The notes under the pieces: model-generated
Databases searched by the model: none
Seen by the model: only the letters and a program-made list of their open reading frames with translations
Told to the model about the DNA's origin: nothing
Shown here: positions 37,706-49,300 of the stretch, piece by piece
Position numbering within the stretch: the stretch's first letter is position 1
Layout: the number at the start of each line of letters is the position of its first letter
Program-made: the position numbers and the translations under genes
Source: Pristiophorus japonicus
Lineage: Eukaryota
NCBI RefSeq assembly: GCF_044704955.1
Contig: NC_092006.1
Span: forward strand, 5,580,001 to 5,644,000
DNA: 64,000 nucleotides
Reading direction: 5' to 3'

Positions 37706-38287
37706 GATTCGTACTTGTGCCAACAAAAATAGCCCACATTCTGCCCGGCGTATGCCCATGAAATTCTGACGCTGGCCAAAGCAGGAGCAAGTGGGTAGCA
37801 CTCTCGTCTCAGAGTCAGAAGGTTGTGGGTTCAAGTCCCACTTCAGAGATTGAGCATACAACCCAGAGATGGAATACTTCTCAACCTGGAGTCCAGCTTG
37901 GTGCTGTCTATAATCCACATTTTTCCATTTCCTGGATTATCCAGCTAACCAATTACTCACATGAACGTTCCTTTCTACGTAAGTAAGAATAACATGCAGC
38001 ACAGCTCAATGCAAAATCCAACGTGCATGTTTTGGTAAACTGATAAAACCTTATATCTGAATAACATTTTAAAAATGGCAAGTTATGACAGTAAACAGCA
38101 ATAAGAGTGTATACCCGGCTATAATCCACAAACCCCCGCATTCAAAGTACATAATGAAGTGAAAACAATATGTATTTTCTCACTCTGACATTGCAATGAC
38201 TCAGTAACGATTTCCCAGTCAATTGGTCTTGCAACAGAGCACTGACTCAATTTAATGGAGCTGAACTTCGATCTGAATCGGGTCGCC

Positions 38288-38303
38288 TAGCGCCCCCTGG
38301 AGG
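38288..38303 (-). promoter_or_regulatory. CTCF-type binding site
   Basis: Minus strand CCTCCAGGGGGCGCTA closely matches the vertebrate CTCF core CCASYAGRKGGCRS; lies in unique sequence between B and C. Confidence 0.65.
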
Positions 38304-40064
38304 CAACATGTGATAAGGGCCTGTGTCTGTTAGCGTTTCTCTGTTTCCCCTCCCCCCCCCCCCACCTTAGCGGCTGCTTTGCCCGCTTCAGAGCTGAGGT
38401 CACGAAGCAGAGTGAGGACCGTATCCTTCCTGTGACGTCCCAGATATAAGATCATGACATCAGAACATAAGACACAGGAGCAGGAGTCGGCCATTTGGCC
38501 CCTTGAGCCTGCTCCGCCATTCAATACGATCACGGCTGATCTTCGACCTCAGTCCCACTTTCCTGCACTGTCTCCTTGATTCCCTTAATATTCCAATATC
38601 TGCCTTGAATATACTCAACGACTGAGCCTCCACAGCCCTCTGGGGCAGAGAACTCCAAAGATTCGCCACCCTCTGAGTGAAGAAATTCCTCCTCATCTCA
38701 GTCCTGAAGTTTCTCCTGAATTGCCCCTTGGATTTCTTGGTGACCATCTGATATTGATGGCCTCTAGTTATGCGCTTCTGGCATAGGTGGATACACTCTG
38801 TTTGTGTCTACTCGATCAAAACCTTTCATAATTTTAAAGACCTCGTCTGTGCTGTAAGGTGATTCTAATAGCAGGTAAATTCCGCCAGAATTTTGCTGAA
38901 GATATCACTGCACTGCATTATTGAAAAGCGCAATTTGAATTTAAAATAATCCACTTTTAATAGTAAATGTGACAGGGTTCATTCCCATGATACAACCAGA
39001 GAACGCCCTGGATCCACTTACACACCAGCTTTGCCAACAATGCCCCGGAGTCAGTGCCTGAGCTACCCTGTGGGTCCTTGGTTTCACTGACACACCACAC
39101 ACATTTGTTCTTTCAATCTGTGCTGTAAATCGGCCGCAGAGATATTCTGAGCGCATCTGGACCGAGCGATCAAAGAGCAGGATTCACATCCACAACGCTG
39201 GGGTTTCAAAACCAGTTTAATTTATCTGTAAACATTACATATGAATTATATCACGTGCTGTATAAAGATGTACTCAGCACGGAAACCACAAATACAAGAA
39301 TTTGGCATTACAATACTTGAAATTAGTTGAGTATATTCAAGACGGAGAGCGATATAGGAGCAGGAGTTGGCCATTCAGCCCCTCGAGCCTGCTCCGCCAT
39401 TTAATACCATCATGGCCGCTCTGATCATGGACTCAGCTCCCCTTCCCCGCCTGTTCCCCATAACCCTTTACTCTCTTATCGCTCAAAAATCTGTCTATCT
39501 CCACCTTAAATATATTCAATGACCCAGCCTCCACAGCTCTCTGAGTCAGCGAATTCCACAGATTTACAACCCTCTGAGAGAAGAAATTCCTCCTCATCTC
39601 AGTTTTAAGTGGGCGGCCCCTTATGCCCCCCAGTTTTAGTTTCGCCTATGAGTGGAAACATCCTCTCTGCATCCACCTTGTCGAGCCCCCTCATTATCTT
39701 ATATGTTTCCATTAGATCACCTCTCGTTCTTCTGAACTCCAATGAGTAGAGGCCCAACCTACTCAACCTATCCTCATAAGTCAACCCCCTCCGGAATCAG
39801 CCGAGTGAACCTTCTCTGAACACCCTCCAATGCAAGTATATCCTTCCTTAAATACGGAGACCAAAACTGCACGCAGTACTCCAGGTGTGGCCTCACCAAT
39901 ACCCTGTACATTTGTAGCAGGACTTCTCTGCTTTTATACTCCATCCCCCTTGCAATAAGGCCAACATTCCATTCCAGTTGAGATCGAAGATCGGCCATGA
40001 TCTTATTGAATGGCGGAGCAGGCTCGAGGAGCCGAATGGCCTCCTCCTGCTCCTAATTCGTATA

Positions 40065-40316
40065 TTATAAAATAGAGATTAAACTGAACAGTAACCGACA
40101 TATCATCGTAAGAACAGTGGCCCAACACAACGCTATGTAAGAGTCCATTTCAATGGTAGAGTTTTCGATTGGACCCAATTGGGAAATCGCGCCCAAACTA
40201 TGTTTGAAATTGCACCGACTGTCCGGCAAAACAGAGGAAGCTTTGCACTCCATATCGTCTTTCCTTTCCCATCGGAGTGTTGGCTCCGTGTTAAATGCCA
40301 GCTGGGCATAAAGAGT
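40065..40316 (-). CDS. Gene C terminal exon ([19 protein letters not shown]... extended to 83 aa)
   Basis: tttctgttttctctcacag| acceptor nearly identical to that of gene B; matches ORF 40065..40352. Confidence 0.78.
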   Translation of the reverse strand, partial: TLYAQLAFNTEPTLRWERKDDMECKASSVLPDSRCNFKHSLGAISQLGPIENSTIEMDSYIALCWATVLTMICRLLFSLISIL

Positions 40317-43300
40317 CTGTGAGAGAAAACAGAAACAATTACCACGGCCCACATCTTCAGCGTCGGAACAGTGGGACAGGAGAGGGCCATTCAGCCCTTC
40401 GAGCCTGTTCCCCCATTCAGTTTGATCATGGCTAATGTGTATCTGAACTCCATCCGCCCGCCTTAAATACCCTCGCCCAACACCAATCTTTCATCGCAGT
40501 TTTGAACATTTCAATTGACCCTCAGCCTCAACAACTTTATGAGGGAGAGAGTTCCAGGTTCCCGCGGCCCTTTGTCTGAAGATGTGTTTCCTGACATCAC
40601 CCCTGAACGGCCGGGCTCGAATTTTAAGGTCAAGCCCCCTTGTTCTGGACTCCCCAGACTCTCTCAAATTCTCTAATCATCTTAAATATCTCGATTACAT
40701 CACCCTGTAATCTACACTCGAGGGAAAACAAGGCCAGTCTAAGAACATAAGAACATAAGATTTAGGAGCAGGAGTCAGCCATTCGGGCCCCTCGAGCCTG
40801 CTCCGCCATTCAATGAGATCACGGCTAACCTTCGACCTCAACTCCACTTTCCTGCCCCATCTCCATATCCCTTGTTCCCCTCGATTCCGAAAATCTCTCG
40901 ATCTCAGCCTTGAATATACTCAACGACTGAGTCTCCACAGCCCTCTGGGGCAGAGAATTCCAAAGATTCACCACCCTCTGAGTGAAGAAATTCCTCCTCA
41001 TCTCAGTCCTAAATGGCCGAGCCCTTATCCTGAGACTGTGTGACCCCTGGTTCTAGACTCCCCAGCCCTGATATGATTCAATGAGATCACATCTCATTCT
41101 TCTAAACTCCAGAGAGTATAGGCCCAGTCTACTCAACAGGTATAAGCAACCTGTCCCATAATATAACCCTTTTAGCATGTTGGGACATTTTATTGGTTGT
41201 TGATAGCTCAGGTATAATTGTAGTGAATCGGCAATCCTGTGGGTATTTATAATTACTGACTGAAAATATCCAAATATAGATATTTGAATTTACTTTCAAA
41301 TAAAAGGTGAATTTGTTTATTCGTTCCTGGGATGTGGGCGTGGCTGGCAAGGCCGGCATTTATTGCCCATCCCTAATTGCCCCTTGAGAAGGTGGTGGTG
41401 AGCCGCCTTCTTGAACCACAGAGGGTGGTTAAGCACCATTCAAATCGCTGTGGGTTTGGAGTCACGTATCAGCCAGACTGGGTAAGGGGCAGTAGATTTC
41501 TGTGATTTCCTTCCCTGAAACATAGAAACATAGAAACATAGAAAATAGGTGCAGGAGTAGGCCATTCGGCCCTTCGAGCCTGCACCACCATTCAACATGA
41601 TCATGGCTGATCATGCAACTTCTGTACCCCTTTCCTGCTTTTTCTCCATACCCCTTGATCCCTTTAGCCATAAGGGCCACATCTAACTCCCTTTTGAATA
41701 TATCCAACGAACTGGCCTCAACATCTTTCTGTGGTGGAGAATTCCACAGGTTCACAATTCTCTGAGTGAAGAAGTTTCTCCTCATCTCGGTCCTAAATGG
41801 CTTACCCCTTATCCTTAGACTGTGACCCCTTGTTCTGGACTTCCCCAACATTGGGAACATTCTTCCTGCATCTAGCCTGTCCAATCCCGTCAGAATTTTA
41901 TATGTTTCGATGAGATTCCCCTCTCATTCTTCTAAATTCCACTGAATATAAGCCTAGTCGATCCAGTCTTTCTTCATATGTCAGTCCTGCCATCCCGGGA
42001 ATCAGTCTGGTGAACCTTCGCTGCACTCCCTCAATAGCAAGAATGTCCTTCCTCAGATTAGGAGACCAAAACTGCACACAATACTCCAGGTGTGGCCTCA
42101 CTGAGGCGCTGTAGGAGGGCGATGGCTACGAAGCCAGGTCGCTGGTTGCAGTGCGGGCAGGCACAGCAGGAGGGGCGACGGAGCAGCAAGAGTCCGTAGA
42201 GGGAAGTGATCGAGGCCCAAGAGAGGCGTGAATCTGGGGCCCAGAAGAGACGAGGGCCCAGCCCACACTGTGCGATATGTGCGCGCACTGGGCCCGTGCA
42301 GCAGAGCTGGTCTCCAGTCGTCCTGGTTCACCCTTGCCCCTGGACCAAGACCTCGCTCTGTCAAGCCCATGTGGTGGCTGGTGTGCAACGGTCACCCCAC
42401 GTTAAAAAAACCCACCCACAGGGGCCTTCCACCCTTCAGGATGTAGTTCGGGATCTAGAATTTTAGGTTCTTTATTGAAACACTGTGAACTCATCCCTTT
42501 TTTGGCGTGGAATCAAGCCATACTCACTTCGAGGGACTGCCTATAATGATGATACAACTGCAGTAAGACCTCCCTGTTCCTATACTCAAATCCCCTATAC
42601 TGTCCTATACTCAAAGACATTAGTGACACCAGATGGGGTTTTACAATCTGGTAATTTTATGGTCACCGTTACTTTTTAATTCCACATTTATTTGATTAAT
42701 TGAATTTAAACTTCTCACCTACCATGGTGGGATTGGAATTCGGGTCCCCGGGATTAATAGTCCAGGCGCCTGGATTACTAGCCCGCTGACATAACCACTA
42801 TGCTACCGTTCTGTCGTGTTAAGCGAAGACAGCTCTTTTCCTATCTACCGCCTGGAACAGCGAACCACCCTGCAAGCGGATAAATTGGGAGTGCGGAGGA
42901 GTTTGAAGCACCTTGCGACCATCCCTACCTGACTGCCGCTCCGGACAGCCGCCACAGACACCATCAGGAGCAGGAGAAGCGCCGCCAACAAATTCAGGAC
43001 CAACCGCAATCCGCAGGCGCTCTGTGACGGAGACACTGCAAGAAAAGAGCTTTTTTAAAGAAAAAGGACGTTTCTGCAAAGAGTTAAACAAGTGCAGCCA
43101 CCGAGCAAATCTGCTTGTGGAATTTCACACAAAACATTTTGCATAGTTCCCCAGCGAGCAGATATCTGAGAGGCCCCTGCTTACCGATAACTTTGCAATT
43201 AACAAGGACTGCGATGTTGCGATAGACAGGCAGACACGGGCAGACACCTGAGAGATAGACAGATAAGAACACAAGAAATAGGAGCAGGAGTCGGCCATTT

Positions 43301-46300
43301 GGCTCCACAGCTGGTCTGGTCTCGGGCTCAGCTCTACTTCCCTGTCTGATAGATAGACAGACAGACATAGAGATAGAGATAGAGAGAGAGTTAGAGAGTT
43401 AGAGAGAGAGAGAGGGAGATAGAGAGAGAGAGAGAGAGAGAGGGAGATAGATAGATAGAGAGTTAGAGAGAGAGAGATAGATAGATAGAGAGTTAGAGAT
43501 AGAGAGTTAGAGTTAGAGATAGAGAGTTAGAGATAGAGATAGAGAGTTAGAGATAGAGATAGAGAGTTAGAGATAGAGAGTTAGAGATAGAGAGTTAGAG
43601 AGATAGATAGATAGAGTTAGAGATAGAGAGTTAGAGATAGAGAGTTAGAGATAGAGAGTTAGAGAGATAGATCGATTGGATAGGCTGGGTTGTTTTCTTT
43701 GGAACAGAGGAGACTGAGGGGCGACCTTATTGAGGTGTATAAAATTATGAGGGGCCTGGATAGAGTGGATAGGACAGACCTGTTTCCCTTGGCAGAGGGG
43801 TCAACAACCAGGGGTCACAGATTGAAAGTAATTGGGAGGAGGTTTAGAGGGGATTTGAGGGGAAATGTCTTCACCCAGAGGGTGGCGGGGGTCTGGGGTG
43901 GAACTCACTGCCTGAAAGGGTGGTAGAGGCAGAAACCCTCACCACATTTAAAAAGCACCTGGATGTGCGCTTGAAGTTCCGTAACCTACAGGGCTACGGA
44001 CTGAGAGCTGGAAAGTGGGATTAGGCTGGGTGGCTCTTTGTCGGCCAGTGCGGACACGATGGGCCGAATGACCTCCTTCCATGCTGTAAATTTCTATGAT
44101 TCTAGGATAGACATCGCGATAGAACACAGCACAGTGGAAATGTAATCACATTTTCGACTTTTAAGCAGGGAGGTACCTTACTCCGAACATTTATTCCCTA
44201 GCTAGACAGATAGACTTCAAAATTCAGCAAGGTAGACACTGAAACATTGAGAGATATGTGATAGGGAGATCATGGTATAATTATACACGGAGACGCAGAA
44301 AAGGACGTAAGAATATAAGAACATAAGAAATAGGAGCAGGAGTCGGCCATTCGGCCCCTCGAGCCTGCTCCGCCATTCAATACGATCCTGGCTGATCCGA
44401 TCATGGACTCAGCTCCACTTCCCCGCCCACTCCCCATAACCCTTCACTTCCTTATCGCTCAAAAATCTGTCTATCTCCACCTTATATATATTCAATGTCC
44501 CAGCCTCCACAGCTCTCTGGAGCCGAGAATTCCACAGATTTACAACCCTCTGAGAGAAGAAATTCCTCCTCATCTCAGTTTTAAATGGGCGGCCCCTTAT
44601 TCTGAGACTATGCCCCCTAGTTCTAGTCTCCCTCATCAGTGGAAACATCCTCTCTGCATCCACCTTGTCGAGCCCCCTCATTATCTTATACGTTTCGATA
44701 AGATCACCTCTCATTCTTCTGAACTCCAATGAGTAGAGACCCAACCTGCTCAACCTTACCTAAGAAGTCAACCCCCTCATCTCCGAAATCAACCAAGTGA
44801 ACCTTCTCTGAACTGCCTCCAGTGCAAGTATATCCTTCCTTAAATACGGAGACCAAAACTGCACGCAGTACTCCAGGTGTGGCCTCACCAATACCCTCTC
44901 CAGTTGTAGCAGGACTTCTCTGCTTTTATACTCTATCCCCCTTGCAATAAAGGCCAAGATTCCATTCCAGTTGAGGTCTAAGATTGGCCGTGATCTTATT
45001 GAATGGCAGAGCAGGCTCGAGGGGCCGAATGGCCTCCTCCTGCTCCTAATTCGTATATTCTAAAATAGAGGTTAGACTGAACAGTAACCGACATATCGTA
45101 GAGGGTTGTTGAGGCCAGTCTGTTAGATATATTAAAGAGGAAGCTAGATATGGCCCTTACAGCTAAAGGGATCAAGGGGTATGGAGAGAAAGCAGGAATG
45201 GGGTACTGAGGTGAATGATCAGCCATGATCATATTGAATGGTGGTGCAGGCTCGAAGGGCCGAATGGCCTACTCCTGCACATATTTTCTATGTTTCTATG
45301 TAAGGACAGTGGCTAAATACAGCGCTATGTATTCTGAATTCCCTGTCATTCTTCTGAACTCCAGTCCTTCAATATACAAAAAGTTGCGAAGAAGTGAGAC
45401 TCACATCACCATTGAAGATATTAGTGAAGGGGACACCGGCCACAGTTACCTCCCGGAGATGCGACGCTTTCACTCAGGAGATCCCCGGTGGCGTTGATCG
45501 GAACGGTGCAAGTGCAGACGGCGCCGCTGCGCCAGGTTTCGGCCGAGACGCTCAGGACGCTTCTGGCGGTATAGCTCCCGTCCGGCTCCAGCCTGCCGGG
45601 CTCGCTCCGTCCCTCGGCGGCCCGTCCCGCAACCAGCCAGCGGATGGGGAAGGAGTCCGGAGCAGCGCCCCGCACCAGACACATCAAGGACACTCTCTCC
45701 AGCCGGGGAATCTCAGCCGGCGGTGGCGTTAAGAGGAAGAGGACCGGGGGGCCCGCTAGATGGAAGAGAAATTGGAATTAACCAGGCGCACAAGGTAGGT
45801 TTAAATTGGTGTCTCGACGCACAATTGGATGGACGAGTGGGATTACCTGTGATCACCAGCGTGGTGCCAGTCCCGAATATCAGGGACCGATTCCTGGCGT
45901 TTGGAGCAGCGCAGTAATACCGCCCAGAATCGCTCCTCTGGACGTTGTCAATGACCAGCGAATGATTCCCTGATTGCTCGCATACCTCGCCGGAAAATCT
46001 TCCCCCGGGCCTCACGAACCGTCCGGTTTTGTAAACAATCCGCATGCCCTCTCGGTGCCAGTGTGTGTACCAGTAAACGATGCCCGGGGCCAGCCTCCCG
46101 GTCTGGCATTGAAGTTTGACCAGGCTCCCGACATCGGCCGTTAGCAGCGCCGGAAATTGGCTCAAGACCGCCTGAGACACGACAGCTGAGACAAGGTTGC
46201 GGGGGGGGGGGGGGACACAAAAATTAAAAAAAACACAATATTAACAACAGGTTATAGGCCCCCGAGTCACCCTGGATACCGACACATCTCAAATTCCCCT

Positions 46301-49300
46301 CCACTGGCGCGTCGGGAGCGCGTGTGGGACATTCCGCCGCGCTGCGCACCGTTAAATTGCGCCTCTCCGCCCGCAATTCCCACAGGCGCACAGTCCGAGT
46401 CCGTTCGCTGTGAAATCCGCTCCAATCATTGGCGAGCACCATGGCGACTGACTGCAGTTAAGATTGCAAAATCCTTCTCCCAAACCGATTATGCTTCCCC
46501 CTGGTCTAACCCGGCTCTCCAATCCATCTCTCCAGGGGTTGGGGACCGGGGGGCGCTTGATTGTGTTAAAATGGGGCGATAGCTTTCTCACTAATTCCAC
46601 TAGACAGGCCCCCTCTCCCAACGGTAGACCCTCGCCTTCAAATACCGGAGTTCACTGACAACTTTATCTCAGTTAGGGGGCAGTTCAGTGTCACATTCGC
46701 TTCCACTCACCCATCACAATGTTCGGCTCCAAAGTCGCGCTATCGGTATTGAGCGAAGCCCGCACACCTTTATACTTTGCCCAATATCTAATCTGCTTCT
46801 TAAAAAAATTATAGTTAAACGCAAACTTGTGTATCAGCGAACGATGCAACACAGGAGGCCATTCGGCCCATCAAACCTGTGTTGTGCCGGCTCTGTGACA
46901 GAGCGACTCAATCATTCCCACTCCGCCCCTGCTCTTTCCCCACAGCCCGGCATATTGCCTCCTTTCCAAATATTTATCCAATTCCCCCGTTTGAAAGTCA
47001 CTTTTTCATCTGCTCCCAGTGCCCCTTTCAGGCAGCGCGTTCCCGAGCACAAGCTCTCAGGGCTTGAAATCACGTCCTGATCTCCCCCTCTGGTTCTGTT
47101 ACCGATTATCTTAAACATGTGTCCTCTGCTTACCCACCCTCCTCCCACTGGAAACAATCTCTCCTTCTTTACTCGATCGGAAACCTTCTCCTTATTAATT
47201 CTATACAAAACCCTTCTCCTTATTAATTCTCTCCAAAACCCTTCTCCTTATTAATTCTCTCCAAAACCCGTCTAAAATCCAAAATCCAAAAGAGCAGGAG
47301 TAAACGGGTACTTTTCAGAATGGCAGGCAGTGACTAGTGGAGTGCCGCAAGGTTCTGTGCTGGGGCCCCAGCTGTTTACATTGTACATTAATGATTTAGA
47401 CGAGGGGATTAAATGCAGTATCTCCAAATTTGCGGATGATACTAAGTTGGGTGGCAGTGTGAGCTGCGAGGAGGATGCTATTAGGCTGCAGAGTGACTTG
47501 GATAGGTTAGGTGAGTGGGCAAATGCATGGCAGATGAAGTATAATGTGGATAAATGTGAGGTTATCCACTTTGGTGGTAAAAACAGAGAGACAGACTATT
47601 ATCTGAATGGTGACAGATTAGGAAAAGGGAAGGTGCAACGAGACCTGGGTGTCATGGTACATCAGTCATTGAAGGTTGGCATGCAGGTACAGCAGGCGGT
47701 TAAGAAAGCAAATGGCATGTTGGCCTTCATAGCGAGGGGATTTGAATACAGGGGCAGGGAGGTGTTGCTACAGTTGTACAGGGCCTTGGTGAGGCCACAC
47801 CTGGAGTATTGTGTACAGTTTTGGTCTCCTAACTTGAGGAAGGACATTCTTGCTATTGAGGGAGTGCAGCGAAGGTTCACCAGACTGATTCCCGGGATGG
47901 CGGGACTGACCTATCAAGAAAGATTGGATCAACTGGGCTTGTATTCACTGGAGTTCAGAAGAATGAGAGGGGACCTCATAGAAACGTTTAAAATTCTGAC
48001 GGGTTTAGACAGGTTAGATGCAGAAAGAATGTTCCCAATGTTGGGGGAGTCCAGAACCAGGGGTCACAGTCTGAGGATAAGGGGTAAGCCATTTAGGACC
48101 GAGATGAGGAGAAACTTCTTCACCCAGAGAGTGGTGAACCTGTGGAATTCTCTACCACAGAAAGTAGTTGAGGCCAATTCACTAAATATATTCAAAAGGG
48201 AGTTAGATGAAGTCCTTACTACTCGGGGGATCAAGGGTTATGGCGAGAAAGCAGGAAGGGGGTACTGAAGTTTCATGTTCAGCCATGAACTCATTGAATG
48301 GCGGTGCAGGCTAGAAGGGCTGAATGGCCTGCTCCTGCACCTATTTTCTATGTTTCTATGTTTCTATGTCTCCTTATTAATTCTCTCCAAAACCCTTCTC
48401 CTTATTAATTCGCTCCAAAACCCTTCTCCTTATTAATTCGCTCCAAAACCCTTCTCCTTATTAATTCTCTACAAAATCCTTCCCCTTATTAATTCGCTCC
48501 AAAACCCTTCTCCTTATTAATTCGCTCCAAAACCCTTCTCCTTATTAATTCGCTCCAAAACCCTTCTCCTTATTAATTCTCTACAAAATCCTTCCCCTTA
48601 TTAATTCGCTCCAAAACCCTTCTCCTTATTAATTCTAACCAAAACCCTTCTCCTTATTAATTCGCTCCAAAACCCTTCTCCTTATTAATTCTAACCAAAA
48701 CCCTTCTCCTTATTAATTATCTCCAAAATCGTTCTCCTTATTAATTCGCTCCAAAACCCTTCTCCTTATTAATTCTAACCAAAACCCTTCTCCTTATTAA
48801 TTCTCTCCAAAACCCTTCTCCTTATTAATTCTATCCAAAACCCTTCTCATTATTAATTCACTCCAAAACCCTTCTCCTTATTAATTCTCTCCAAAATCCT
48901 TCTCATTATTAATTCTCTCCAAAACCCTTCTCATTATTAATTCTCTCCAAAACCCTTCTCCTTATTAATTCTATCCAAAATCCTCCTCCTTATTAATTCT
49001 CTCCAAAACCCTCCTCCTTATTAATTCTCTCCAAAACCCTTCTCCTTATTATTCTATCCAAAACCCTTCTCCTTATTAATTCTATCCAAAACCCTCCTCC
49101 TTATTAATTCTCTCCAAAACCCTTCTCCTTATTAATTCTCTCCAAGACCCTTCTCCTTATTAATTCTCTCCAAGACCCTTCTCCTTATTAATTCTCTCCA
49201 AAACCCTTCTCCTTATTAATTCTCTCCAAAACCCTTCTCCTTATTAATTCTATCCAAAACCCTTCTCCTTATTAATTCTCTCCAAAACCCTTCTCCTTAT

